Positions 1 through 12,961 of a stretch of 56,887 nt of DNA are shown in pieces (within the stretch, counting starts at the first letter, position 1; each line of letters begins with the position of its first letter). Under the pieces are notes generated by a model, which saw nothing but the letters and a program-made list of their open reading frames with translations, made no database searches and was not told the origin of the DNA. Source of the DNA: Nemertoderma westbladi (lineage: Eukaryota; Animalia; Xenacoelomorpha); contig JAUCBJ010005438.1 of assembly GCA_032718475.1 (NCBI GenBank), forward strand, positions 1 through 56,887, in the 5' to 3' direction. The translations under genes were made by a program, and so were the position numbers.

Positions 1-20
1 CCGACCGACCGACCGACCGA
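1..20. repeat. (CCGA)5 microsatellite, cut by the window start
   Basis: ccgaccgaccgaccgaccga. Confidence 0.9.
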
Positions 21-64
21 TAAAAATAAAAAAAATTTTTATGTAAAATATTTAATTGTTTCAG

Positions 65-351
65 TGAATTACTCCTAAGTGAGAAGGATGGGATTGAAGA
101 GAGCTACAATTCCGCTGGAATACTTTGCCAGTTAATTTCGGACGGTGAAGACAGATGGTCTGTTTCAGTTCCTTCTATGAGTGACGTCATGATGCGTATT
201 GAACAATCATTAAACAGATGGAACATAAATTCTCAGAGGAATATCAGTTATACTTCATTCACACCTATTATACGTCTACTAAGATTCTACAAATATCCAG
301 CCATCATTTATTGGGCTGTCTGGGCTATGACTAACTTATGTAATGTACATG
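65..351 (+). CDS. ZER1: ZER1/ZYG-11-family (CRL2 substrate receptor, ARM-repeat C-terminus), penultimate coding exon
   Basis: Acceptor ttgtttcag ends at 64; donor G|gtaagt at 351/352. Translation ELLLSEKDGIEESYNSAGILCQLISDG..W..RWNINSQRNISYTSFTPIIRLL..YWAVWAMTNL matches the ZER1 C-terminal region as I recall it (DGIEVSYNACGVL..WDINSRRNINYRSFEPILRLL..HWATWALYNL). ZER1 versus ZYG11 orthology needs a phylogeny. Confidence 0.88.
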
Positions 352-441
352 GTAAGTAATTATATATTATATTTAATAGGGTTGATGCGCGAAAAAATTG
401 TTGGGCTAGAAACAATTGAATAAGGGGGAACAAGATGCTCT

Positions 442-1456
442 TGTAAAAGCTTTTGCGGACATTAACAAGTCATTTTTACGCAATGCGCTGAATACTCTAA
501 AAAGGCCAAGAATTGTTCAGCTACGCGTCTGTCAGAAAATAAACTGAGATGACGAAATCTGCCAGCTGATTCTTTGTGTACGTGGAAGTTTCTTTGTTTG
601 GACATATTTCAGCCAATCAGAGCAATCTTCCCAGTTATGCCAATAGAGCCCTATGGAAAATGGCGTAATGCGGCAGTTTTTCTGAGAATCCTATTCCATT
701 CTGGATTTCAGACTTTGCCCAAGAACATGTGATGGCTAGAGTTATAAGAACGCAAATCTATTATCTTGTTTCATACTTACTTACCTACTCGACGCATCAC
801 ATATTTCACATACTGACTGTTCACCGCACTGTCTTAATGCTGTTTTATATTGTTGTTAATTGCTGTTTATATTAATATTTGGAGAATACCGATAAATAAT
901 CGTAAACCCCTCACCTTTCTTAATTACTGAGGTAAGCAGAAGGGTGTACCGGTAGCAAGTGCTACTCCAATTATAGTGGTTTTTGTGTGAATTAAATGCT
1001 ATTTCATAATCCCTATGTGTGTCAGTTGCAATCCTCCTTATATATGATCAAAATCAGTGTGCATTAGTGTGAAATAGTGTGAATGTTAATAAAGCATTTC
1101 CTAAAGAATGCGCTATTTACGAGATTCCATAGCCATCTAGTTGTGATTAGTGTAAGTCATAACTCTTTTTATACTTAAAGCGCCACGTCCCAAAGGTACT
1201 GTTAATATTTCCCCAAAAGTAAATATAGTTGTCGGCGATTATATAGTAGCGATCAATCGAATGATACAAAGTAGCCTACATTGCAATAACTTTCTCTGGA
1301 CCCGAATCCAGTCTCCAACACAGTGGGTCATACGCAGCGCACAGGCTGGCTTCGGTGGATGTAAATTCGGTAATTGGTAAGGGCAATAGTCGATTTATAA
1401 TTAAAAGGACATTTAAATTGGCAGGTTAAACTGCTAAAGGTCTAAAAGCACGAACA
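442..1456 (+). repeat. LTR of the truncated BEL/Pao copy
   Basis: TGTAAAAGC...GGTCTAAAAGCACGAACA, with the same termini as LTRs 4733-5925 and 28410-29605. Confidence 0.85.
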
Positions 1457-3087
1457 TTAATAGATTTTGTTTCTTTTATTGCTCAGTAGGCAATACACTA
1501 TTTTTTTATTGGTTTTTTATTGGGATTTTACTTATTTCTGTTGGCTTATTTATCTGTAAGTGTAATATTGAGCAGAAGGCGTGTAAGCCTGCTCAGATTG
1601 TAAAACTAACTTGTAGGCCGGATTGTTGTCTGATTGTTGTTAGGTCTGAGGCGATTACAGTGTATGTAGGTTGTCTGTCCGATAAATTGCTAGTTAGGAA
1701 GTGGAGGCATCCAGTGCTATAAGGTAAACGAAGGAATAAGTCGTACTACATAGTCTAGAACGCTTACTAACTAACCATTTCGGAGATTGCATATACTGTG
1801 GTTTATTTAGGCTTGACGGTAGTCTGCCAGCATTTGGTCTGTGTTTTATTTGAATAGTCTGTACGGGTTGCGTAATATTTATTATTCAGAGTTTATGCAA
1901 GTAATTTGCAACCTTCATGTCCCCAAGTTTATTCCTTACAGTAATTTATGCTTATTATGCATACTGTTTAAGTTAAATTAACCCCGGTACTACTTCAGGA
2001 CTGCTTGGCGTAGGACAGACTGGTAATTTAGTGCTCCAGTCACTCCAGCAGATACCGTGGTTATTTTGGCTTTCCCATACGGTATATTTAACTGCAAGTT
2101 ATATGTTGTATAAGTGCTAGTACCTAATCTAGGGTTTAGAGTACAGTGCTTTCCTGAAAGTAATTTAGTGCGTATGCAGTATATTTGTGTTGTATCATGG
2201 TTAATAGGTCCGTTAGCTATAGGCTTCGATAATTAATCTCAGGTATAGGACACTCTGGGTACATAACATAGTGCTTATAGTGAAGACTATAAGCCCTCAG
2301 ACGGTGGCATTTCCTTATCTGGACAACACAACTTACACTACTTTATTGGTTTCAAAATACTGTAATTCCCAGTCAGTCTGTAAGAACCAGAAATTCTAAC
2401 TCCTTGTTAGTCTGGTTCGTAAAACTCTTGTTAAATTACCCTAAAAAATTGTACGTGTAACTTGTTCCTTGTTTATTTAGAGATTGTGTAATATCAAACG
2501 GCAAACCTGTTACGTAAGTAATTTTTAGTGATAAGTAACTTAGTTAAGTAGAATTATCAGTATTTAGTGTCTAACAAGTAGCCCTCCACTGAGAGCGTCC
2601 AGCCTCTGTGTAGTGACTTCTTACTCAGAAATAATAACATTTATTTCAAATATTGACAAACCCATCACGGGTATATATATATATATTTATAAATTAACTC
2701 AATCAGATTTATAAATTAATCAATTAGGTCTTAATATCAGTTGAACCTACTGCTTAATATCAGTCATAAAGTAAAGGGAAACAATTCCTAAAAATTTGGA
2801 TAATCAGTTATTATCAAATTATTGACATTACTGGTGTTTACAGTAAACTTATTATATATTTATATAACTTAGGCTAAACTTATATACCCGTATTCTGTGA
2901 CTGATCTTAGTATGTAGTAACACTGTTATATATACTATAGGTGTATACCGGTATTCTAACACTCGATATATACTATGTTACATTGAGTAGCAATATTGGT
3001 AACTACGAGACTGACAGTTGATACTGATTTCCCCTAGACTTACTTTAACTGTTATTATCGTGATAGGCATTCAACTGTAAACAAATT

Positions 3088-3570
3088 ATGTCTGACACAA
3101 GACAAACACTGTCAGATAGTCTCTTGGAAAAGACGATCTGTGACCCAGATCAAAGTACAGAAAGGCCCCGACCAAAGTGGAAGTCCCCTCCTACTGTAAG
3201 AAAAGCCATCCCTACAGTAGTTGTGTCGGACCCTAGGCTAGTGAAGCACCATGGGTCTATTATAGGCACTAGGGCTCAAGTTAAGCGAGACCAACCAACG
3301 GCTTTAAAATAGCAACAGTACCCGAACCGAGAAGTTATTTCTCAACTACGTAGTAACTCTAGTTCCGACACCGAAGACTTAACACCCGAGATTGGATCAA
3401 AGATATGGAAGAAGTGGTTTACCCTGACCCACTTTTGATTTTTCCTGGGACAATGCTCACTACTGTAGAGTACTTATAGCCGTAGAAGAACATCAAGCGG
3501 ACTGGATGAGAAATAAGAGATCGACCAGGGACAGTTACGCCAGATACCCACTGGAAGAACTAACAAGTAC
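3088..3570 (+). pseudogene. gag: Decayed N-terminus of BEL gag
   Basis: MSDTRQTLSDSLLEKTICDPD... is homologous to the frame starting at 7888; TAG at 3310-3312 and later indels. Confidence 0.75.
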
Positions 3571-3910
3571 AAGTACAAGCACAAGTTCAAGTACCAGTAC
3601 CAGTAACCGATACCAATAACTGATATTGATATTGTAATCGATATTGAAACCAATGTCATTGCATAGCGCAGCATATATAATAATAAATTTCTATAAGGTC
3701 ATTCTTGGTCCTGATTCTTAGTTCTTTGTATGAATAGAAACATAAAATTATGCTCATTTGAAAGAAATTTAATTCAGCATTTTTCATCCACAAGAACCGA
3801 ACATACAGACCTTTAAACTTTTCATTACTTTAACAATATAACTCAACCACCAGCATTATTCTCTGCCCACATCAACATATTATAATTTCCCCTTCTCCTA
3901 TGATAGAATA

Positions 3911-4644
3911 CAGTGGCGGCGTTAGGGCCCCCGAACCCCCCGATCGGGAGGGGTCCCGAGCACGCAGGGGCCCCGAGCACGCTGGTGCCCCGAGCACGCA
4001 GGGACCCTGAGCACGCCGGGGTCCAGAGCACGCCGGGACCCCGAGCACGCCGGTGTCCAGGGCACGCCGGGGCCCCGAGCACACCAGGGCCCCACATAGC
4101 CAATACTTCAATATGAGCCATGGCAACAGAGCCAGACCAAATGGGCTGGGTGAGTTAGGTATACTCAGGGGCGCGTCTGGGGGGGGGGGGGGGGGGGGTA
4201 TGGGGCTCGATTCCCCCCCCCCCCTCCCCCTCCAAACTGCATGGGCATGGCCTGTCTATTTGAGAACGTTTATTTGGGTATTGAATAGTTTAATTTTGAG
4301 CTTGGGTTGAACATAATTCGATGAAAGGCAGTGTTATAGTACTATTCGCTTTGTACGCGATTAAATCCAGATTTCCCACGACACAGAAACAAATCCCGGC
4401 TAAGGTGCGTTCGCTGAGGAGTGTTCTCAGCCTAGGCAGAGATAACTGGGGTGTTATTTCAAGAGGGAGTTATCTCAGTACACCCTCCCCCCCATCACCA
4501 CACACTGGGGGGGGGGGGGGGGGGGGGCATGCAGGAGCTCCTTTTTTCTTCTTCCTCGGGACCAATTTTGTTTGTTTAGAGGCCCTATTTTTTTTATGTC
4601 GGGGGGGGGGGGGGGGGGGGGCACAGACCCTAACGCCGGCACTG
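3911..4644. mobile_element. hAT-type MITE
   Basis: TIRs cagtggcggcgttaggg / ccctaacgccggcactg; perfect 8-bp TSD ATAGAATA (3903-3910 and 4645-4652). An 8-bp TSD and CAG termini are typical of hAT. Confidence 0.9.
3950..4095. repeat. GC-rich 19-20 bp subterminal tandem repeat inside the hAT MITE
   Basis: About 7 copies of ggg(g/a)ccccgagcacgc(c/a)g. Confidence 0.8.
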
Positions 4645-4732
4645 ATAGAATAATTATTGTGTTACATCACCGACATGCCTTATCCACATTCATTGTACTT
4701 ACAATAGGAATAGTGTTACACACCACCATGTG

Positions 4733-5925
4733 TGTAAAGGCTTTTGCGGAATTAGCTGGTTATTTTTCCCGCAAAGTACTCTGTAGGTGTTTTAGCGGAC
4801 ATAAAAAGCCGTTTCCTTACTGTACCGGTGTTTTAGTGGACATAAAAAGCCATTTCTTCTGTATGTGTACTTTAGCGGACATAACTAGCGATTTTATGTC
4901 GCAATACGCCAAAATACTCTTGATACAGTGTAAGTTCAGATGACGACATCTATCAGCTGATATGTCCACGTGTAACTTTTTCTTTGTTCTTTGTTCGGTC
5001 GACCAATCAGAGCGATTTTCATTTTATTTGTACAGAAACCTCCGGGAAATCGCGCAATGCATTATGGTTTATGTTTACCTTTTTTCCTGATGCCAGAACA
5101 TCGGCTGTGGAATTATTCTGTGTTTCAGACTTTAGCCAAACATTAGAACGGCTTTGATCATAGAAACGTATAACTGTTATCGCACCTCATATCACAAACC
5201 GACTGGTCAGACTCAAATGCTATACATACCTTTCACCGCATTGTTTTACTGCTATTTACTGTCGGTTATTAATTGTATCAGTTGATGGAATATTGTTATA
5301 TTTGGAGAATATCGATAAATAACCATAAAACCCCAATCTTCTTGATATACTGAAGGTTAGAGAGACCGGTTACATATAGCAATTGCGACTTACATTATAG
5401 TGGTTTTGGAGTGAATTGAATGCTATTTCATAGGCCCTACATGTGTCGGTTGCTGTTCTCCTTATATATGATTAAAATTAGTGAAGGTCGGCAGATCGGT
5501 GTGCAGCATTGTGCGGTAGTGTGCATGAGTGTGATAGATAACAAAGCATCTCCTAAAGAATGCGCTTTATACGTGAATCATTAGCCATCCTGTTGTGTTT
5601 AGTGTAAGTCATAACTCTGTTTACATACTTAGAGTGCCACGTCCTAAAGGAACTGTTAATATTTCCCGAAAGTGAATAATATTTGTCAGAGATTATATAT
5701 TAACGATCAATCGAATAGTACAGTAGGCCTACACCGCAATAAGGTCAGAGCTTCCGAATCCAGTCTCCCGGGTAAATCCAGTGGGTGAATGGTCGCGCAT
5801 AGGCTGGCTTCGGCTAATGTAGTTTTATGCGTATCAAATACTTGTCATAGGCTAAAGTCGATTTATAACCTAGAAGACACCTAAATTTGGCAGGTTAAAC
5901 TGCTAAAGGTCTAAAAGCGCGAACA
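4733..5925 (+). repeat. 5' LTR of BEL/Pao element
   Basis: TGTAAAGGC...GCGAACA; about 7 substitutions and 3 small indels versus the 3' LTR by eye. Confidence 0.95.
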
Positions 5926-7887
5926 ATAACAGTTATATCTTCTGATTGCAGTGTAGGCAATAAATACAGTTTAATATTGTTCTGGTAAGAACAATAACAG
6001 TTGTAAAGTACCGGTCGACCGGTAACCAGTAGGCCTGACTGCCTAACCACCCGAACCGGTACTTACAGCAGTACAGGTACAGCAGTATTATTCGATTTTG
6101 ATAATTATATACCGGTAGGTCTTGATATTTAATCAGGGACTGCAGCCCTGGTTTTTTATTGGGATTTTACTTATTTCTGTCAGTTTTATTTATATGTAAG
6201 TTTATATTGAGCAGAAGACGTGTAAGCCTGCCCAGATTGTATAAATAATTTGTAGGCTGGACTGTTGTCTGACTGTTGTTAAGTCTGAAGAGATTGCAGT
6301 GTGTGTAGAGTGTATGTCCGATAAAGTACTAGTTAGGAACATGGGGGCTTCCAGTGCTGTAAGGTAAATCCCCCCCCCCCCCCCCCCCCGAAAGAATAAG
6401 TCGTACTACTCGGTTAGAACGCATACTAACTAACCATTTCGGAGTCTGCATGTGCTGTGGTTTATTTAGGCTTGATAGTGGTCTGCCAGCGTTTGGTCTG
6501 TATTTTGTTTGTGTAGTCTGTACGGGTAGTGTAATATTTATTATTCAGAGTATATGCGATTATTCGCAACATTCACAACCCCAAGTTTATTCCTACAGTA
6601 ATTGTGCTTGTTATACATACCGTTATAGTTAAATTAACCCCGGTACTACATCAGGGCTGTTCGGCGTAGGTAAAGACTGGTGATTTTATGCTCTAGTCAC
6701 TCCGGCAGATACCGTGGTTCTTTTAGCTGTACAAGTATTTTTAACTGCTGGTTATTTGTTGTATAAGTACTTGTACCTAATTTAGGGTTTAGTGTACAGT
6801 GCTTTCCGAAGGTAATTAGTGTGTAGGCAGTATATTTGTGTTGTAAAGTGGTTAATAGGCACGTTGGCTCTGGTAGGCCGCGGTAATTAACTTCTAGGTA
6901 GGAACACTCCGTGTGCATAACGTAGTACTTATAGCGCTACGGCTATAAGTCGTCAGACGGTGGTATTTTTCCTATCTGGACAACGCAGTATATTTACTAC
7001 TGCTTTATTACTTTCAAATACCGTAGTATCCTGTCCGTTGTAATAACCAGAAATTCTAACCCCTTGTTAGGCTGGTTTGTAGACTTCTTGTAAAATTACC
7101 CCTCAAATTCGTACGTGTAATTTTTGTGTTTATTTAGAGATTGTAATCTCATCCCGTATTGTATATAATTTGTAGTAATAAGTAACTTAGGCAAGTATAA
7201 TTATTTGTTTTAGTGTCCAAAACAATAAGTAGCACTTCACTGAGAGCGTACAGCTTCTGTGTAGTGACTCCTTCCCAGAAATAATAACATTTATTTCAAA
7301 CATTGACAAAAACCCATTATACGGGTATATATATATTATAAATCAACTCAAACCGATTTATAAAATAGTAGGCCTGTCATACAACAATTAGGTCTTAATA
7401 TCAGTTGGACTACTGCTTAAATAACGGTAATAAAGTCAAGTAAAGTAACTAAGTAACCCTTAAAAATTCAGAAATTCAATTATTCTGAAATAATTGACAT
7501 ACCGGTATTTACAATAGGCTTATTATATTTAATTCTATAAATTTGAGCTGAAATTATATACCGGTATTCTGTAATTAATTATAGTCTATAATTATACTTA
7601 TATATACTATAAGTGTGAGTTGTATACCGGTATTCACGATAGGCCTATTATATATTTATATATATTTGTGCTGAAATTATATACTGGTATTATGTGACAA
7701 ACCTAGTCTGTAATAATACTTATATATATACTATAAGTATATACCGGTACTCTAATATATTGTATATATATCACGTTACATAGAGTAACGATATCAGTAA
7801 TTAATTACTAGGCTAACAGTTGATACTGAATTACTAAACTTGCTTTAACTGTAAGATAGCAGTAGGCATTCAACTGTACAAACAAAC

Positions 7888-10800
7888 ATGTCTGACACAA
7901 AGCAAAACCTGTCAGACAGTCTCCTAGACACAACCATCTGTGACCCAGATAGGAGTGCTGAACGTTTGAGACCGAAGTTCAACTCATCTCCTACTGTAAG
8001 AAAAGTCATCCCTCCAGTAATAGTATCAGACCCTAGGCTAGTCAAACACCGTAGGTCTATCATAGGCACTCGGGCTCAAGTCAAGCGGGACCAAGAAGCA
8101 GCTGTTAAACAGCAGCAACACTCTAGATGAGAACTTATTTCTCAGCGGCCCGACAACTCCAGTAGTTCGGATACTGTAGAGCTGACACCCGAACGCGGAG
8201 CAAAGATGGCAGATGCGGTTTATTCGGATCCCCTTCTCATCCTTCCTGCAGCCGTACTCACTAGGGTATTGATTGCGGTGGAGGAACACCAAATTGATTG
8301 GGCGAGAAGTAAGCGATCGACCAAGGATAGTTATGCGGGATACACAAGGGAGGAACTGAAGTCTATTGTCGAGTCGCAATGGAACTTCCCCGGACCCGGA
8401 CTCCCGTTTGTCTTATCGGAAGCTGCCTGGGAAGACATACACAGGATGGGAGTGACAAAAGACACTAGTGATCCAGCTGTGTGGAAGAGGTCGGCAGCAG
8501 GATATGTACAGGGATTCTTCAGCTCTTTGGAGCGATTAGAAGAACAACTGTTTCGACAACCCCAAGGACCTCAAGAGCAGGGAGAGCTGCTTTATCAAGT
8601 TCGAGAAAGAATTCTAAGAATCAGACTAATCCTATCGGCCTTTGAGGAGGCTTCGAAAAGAAGACAAGACACGTCGTTGCAAGTTGCCGTAAAGACTTGG
8701 TTCCAGCGGGTGGGTCTCAAGGTTCAAGGAACGGCCCAGTGGAAATCTCAGCTGGCTGAGCGCTCAACCCATGGAGAATCAACAGACGCTACCTTTTCTC
8801 AAGTGGAAAGCGAAGCGACAGCAGAGAAACCGCAAAAGAGGGACGCTATTGACATCTATCTGTCAGACTATCAACGATTTATAGGTGATGAAGAGTTGAG
8901 GAGACGGCTGGCTGGACTTCGCCCTATTAGTGAAGGAGCCAAGCTTGTGTTAGACGCAATAGATGCGGAAATGTTAGCTGCGAACCAAGCTAAATTTGAT
9001 GAAAGACTCCGCATCGCTAGGGTCCAAGAAGAACAAGTAAAGAAAAAACGTATAGAAGACAGAAAGACAGCGGCAGTGGCAGCGGCAGTGGCAGCGGCAG
9101 TGGCAGCGGCAGAAGCGGAAAGAAAAGCGGCCAAAGTGGAAAGAAAAGCGGCAGTGGCAGCGGCAGAAGCGGAAAGAAAAGCGGCAGAAGCGGAAAGAAA
9201 GGCAGTGGCAGAAGCAGAACGGAGAGCGTCTGAAGAGACCACCCAACTAGAGTTGGAAAATCTTCAAGAGAAGCAAGACTGCATAAATAAACAGTTAACA
9301 GCTAGTCAAATGCAGATGATAAGTCGATCTACTCCCAAAAGGCATGGATTTACATCATCTGATGAAGGCGATACCACCGATCCTGAAGGCGGAGGAAATA
9401 GATCTCGTCTAAGCAGGCGTAGAAGAATGCCCCACCATCAGAAATTGTCTGATTTGCCCCCAGCTGTTAGAAGGCAACTAGCTAGCACAGACTTAGGTAG
9501 TACAGAACCCACAGACCAAATTATTAGAATAGAAAGACTCCCTACTATAGTAGATGAGCCTGAAATAATTAGGCCTGTTCTCGAAGCCACCCCTTCGGTG
9601 ATAGAGACACCTGTACTCCCAGAACCTACCTCTGAATTTCTCTTTGCACAGCACTAAACTACCTGTGCCCAACAGAACCGCCCCTGAGACAGTTCCTGTC
9701 CTGGACTCCGAGCGAAATATCAATGATTTGTTGCCCGTTGTTCCCCGTCCACCCGCTACTATGTTGGCGGCTCCCGCTTCGGCGGTAGAGTGGGTGGATG
9801 AGGGACGGCTCGAGATGGGTCTCCTGCTCTGGCAGCTTAGGGAACACCGTTTCTGCTCCTCTCAGCAGGTCCGGGAGATGGAAGGGACTGTTCAGCAGTT
9901 AAAGGGAACAGTCAGAGAGGGCACGTTAGAGTTACAAGAAGTGCAGCAGAGTATCGCGTTAGAACGCGATAAATTAGTAAATATACAAAAGGGTATACCA
10001 CCACCCCCTGTAACAATGTGTCAACCTGTTAGGTCTGAAGTATTTCATGCGCAAGGTGTGGAGCCTACACGCATCTATACTGCTAGTGAAGTAGAAACTC
10101 CTATAGTAAACCCTATTAAGGGTAATTATAAACCTTTTGACAATGATATTCCATATAGACCTGATCATAATCCGAGAAATTTATATACCGATAACTCGAT
10201 ATTAAATAACACGATGGCCCAAGAAAGTTTTATGCGTCAAATGGCTAGAACCGAAGCCCGTCAAGCGGTAAAGGTGGGAGAGATCGTCAAATTCAATGGA
10301 GATGAGATGAAATGGTTACCTTTTAATGAATATTACAAAGATAACATACAGAACTCTGTGCTATCTAACGGAGAGAAACTTAGATTCCTCATAGAGTGCT
10401 TGGAAGGATCTCCCAAGTTAATGGCGTTAAAGTTTATTGGACATCCAGATGGATTAAGACAAGTTTGGGATACACTAAACATCAGGTATGGTAATAGGAA
10501 TAACATAGCTAGGTATTTGTATGCAAAATTGGTAGCGCCCTGAAAGTTCATTAGCAGCGGGATTATAGAGTTTTCCGATGAGATTCAGGAGATCTGTAGA
10601 CAATTAGATTGGCTAGGTAAGTCTCATGAATATCAGAGTTCTATGGTTATTGGAGCCGTGGCCTCTACTTTACCAAAGGGTGGAGTAGGTAAACGCTAGG
10701 ACAAGAAAGTCTTATATATGATGGAACAACAACGAAAAGACCCTACCATGGCTGATCTCATGTCATTCTTAGATGGAGAGGTAAAATTACAGCTCCTAAA

Positions 10801-11374
10801 GCAGTCCAGAGAGAAGACACCGGAAAATAAGGTAAGTGAGAAACCCGTTTCTAGGAGAAAGGTAACACCAGTGTGTTATACAGACGACGGCGAAAGCCAG
10901 GCCTCTCAAGAGGAGGACAGCGGGAAAGACACTGAAAGATCTTACTATGTCAAAAAAGCGCCTAAAGACGTAAGTAAATTTAAGTCTCGAACCAATGACA
11001 GGAGAGAACAGGTAACAAAAACTCCTCCTACGTCTCCTAATAGAGTTCACGGAAGAAAGCCCGAGGAAAGAACGAGAGTGCACAACGTTACCCAAGGTAA
11101 GGTGAGTAACATCAAACCAAAATGTGCGCTGTGCGACGGGCCCCACCGTTTAAGTGTGTGTGATAAATTTTTAAAGAAATCACTAAAGGATAGACGTGAA
11201 GTCATGTGGGATAAGCGGTTGTGTTATAATTGCCTCAGACAAGGACACCAACGGCGAACCTGTTACTCCGACGCATGGTGTGCAAAGTGCGGCGCGAAAC
11301 ATCATATCTTGTTGCACACTGAATTCGAACGAAACAGCCCGAGTCAGGTAAGTGAGTCCGAACTACATGTCTAA
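7888..11374 (+). pseudogene. gag: BEL gag: long coiled-coil N-terminal region, capsid-like region, three Cys/His knuckles
   Basis: ORF pieces 7888-8130, 8206-9657, 9644-10543 and 10718-11374. KFNGDEMKWLPF..LSNGEKLRFLIECLEG resembles DUF1759. CALCDGPHRLSVC / CYNCLRQGHQRRTC / CAKCGAKHHILLH is the BEL knuckle signature. In-frame stops and one frameshift. Confidence 0.88.
9062..9225 (+). repeat. Coding minisatellite in BEL gag (AAVA / AEAERK repeats)
   Basis: Repeats of gcggcagtggca and gcggcagaagcggaaagaaaa. Confidence 0.8.
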
Positions 11375-11383
11375 TTCAGTGAT

Positions 11384-12648
11384 GTGAACGACACTGACCA
11401 AAGTTCTGAGATGGAAGGATTCTATACGGATGAATTCTCCGACGAAAACGAATCCTGTTACCTAATAAATACCGCAGTGTATCGAGCACTTACGTATGAA
11501 AAGGAAACCGATAGTGAGTTCCCCCTAACTACTTCTGACCGACAACCATCTTGGAAAGCACCAACTTCCAATGTAGGAATCCGAGAATTTCCCGTAGTGC
11601 AGTTGAGGGTCCACGGACCTGAAAGGAGTTATATAGTGAAAGCCCTCCTTGACTCCGGTAGCACAGGAACATTCATCGACAAAGAACTAGCCGAAGACAT
11701 CTTTGCTGGACAACCCAAGTTCCGAACTAAGTTAAACATGTCAGGATTGTCCACCCCCCAGGATGAACTAGGAGAACACCTCATAAGATCAGTAAAAATG
11801 GTGGCGATAAAGAACTTCGCTACCAGCCAAGTGGAACCTTATAACTGGGATGAGGACGATTTCACCCAGCAGCTTAAGATACCTAGATTCAACACAGACT
11901 ACCCTGGAGTGCAAATACTCATCGGCCAAAATGCGCATGAGGCGCTTGAGACATTGGAGAAACGGCCTGCTCAACCGCAACCACTACAAACCTATGCGGG
12001 AAGAACCAGAGTAGGTTGGTACTTTACTGGCCCTTCCCGTAGAACTCTCATGGAAAGGTTACCCAAAGAACGGGTCTACCAGGTAAGTGAATGGGAAGAG
12101 GAGAGCAGTGAGGTAGACGACACAACTGAGGGAACACCATACTCCTCAGATAATGACGATATCCACCAACTCTTCGACGAGGAGAATACCATCGACCTCC
12201 TTACGGAAAACGAAACTTGGCAAAACCAAGTGAACCTATGTCAACTCATTCGACCAATCAGGACCAGTCGACTATAACGACAAACTGAATGACGTGATAG
12301 ATCGCTACAACGCGAAGACTCGGGATGAACACACCGTACGATTCTTTACTCAAGAGGCTGTAGAGCCCAATTCCTACGATAAGGCCCTATCGGTAGAAGA
12401 AGAAAGAGCCAAGCAGATACAGGAGACAACTACACGTTTTCTTAAAGATCAAGGTAGATATGAAATTGGTCTGCCATTTCGAAAGCGAGAACCTATATTT
12501 ATAAACAACCGACCCTTGGTGGAGAAAAGAATTGCGCAACTACATCGACGCCTTACGGCAAATGCTTCAGCTAAGGAAATGTACAAGACTCAGTTGAAGA
12601 AATTTATTGACAAGGGATATGCGGAGCGAGTACCGGAAGAAACACCCA
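11384..12648 (+). pseudogene. pol: BEL pol 5' part: aspartic protease and pre-RT region, cut by the Mag-like insertion
   Basis: KALLDSGSTGTFI, ILIGQN, TRVGWY, GRYEIGLPF; frameshift near 12280. Confidence 0.88.
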
Positions 12649-12949
12649 TGTTAGATTATGTATTGTTAGGTCTCTAGTAGACCCTGGCTTGGTGGTGGTT
12701 AGATCCAACCTACTGGTCTTTTAGCTACCGGTCCTCTTCTGGTATTCCGGTATTCAGTCTTTCCTATCTTCTAGGTCTGTAGGTACAGTAACCGTTACCG
12801 GTACCTACTGTACTGCTGTACTGATGTGCTGTAAGGTGGTGGGTGTGTTCGTTGGTCTGTTGGTTCATATTATTGTTTGATATGCTGTTCTGTATGTCGA
12901 CCATTAATAAACTGATGCAGCTGGTATTCATTTATTTCCGATCCCAATA
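12649..12949 (+). repeat. Mag-like LTR 1
   Basis: TGTTAGAT...GATCCCAATA; AATAAA at 12906-12911. Confidence 0.93.
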
Positions 12950-12961
12950 TGGCGCAGTGAT
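12950..12961 (+). promoter_or_regulatory. Primer-binding site, probably tRNA-Ser (second copy at 17395)
   Basis: TGGCGCAGT directly after the LTR; complementary to a ...ACUGCG-CCA tRNA 3' end. Confidence 0.7.

Larger units (their letters stand above)
442..3570 (+). mobile_element. 3'-truncated BEL/Pao element (diverged sister subfamily of the 4733-29605 element): 5' LTR, long leader, start of gag
   Basis: Colinear and clearly homologous with 4733-~8360. Starts TGTAAAAGCTTTTGCGG; similarity is lost near 3570 (boundary approximate). Confidence 0.85.

Noticed and set aside
3843-4943. Several short GC-rich ORFs
   Set aside because: They lie in MITE repeats, homopolymers and the LTR start; no domain motifs.
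7888-8130. Conserved small upstream ORF in both BEL copies
   Set aside because: In frame with 8206-9657; its TGA aligns with CGA in the sister copy, whose own stop is elsewhere, so it is the broken gag N-terminus.
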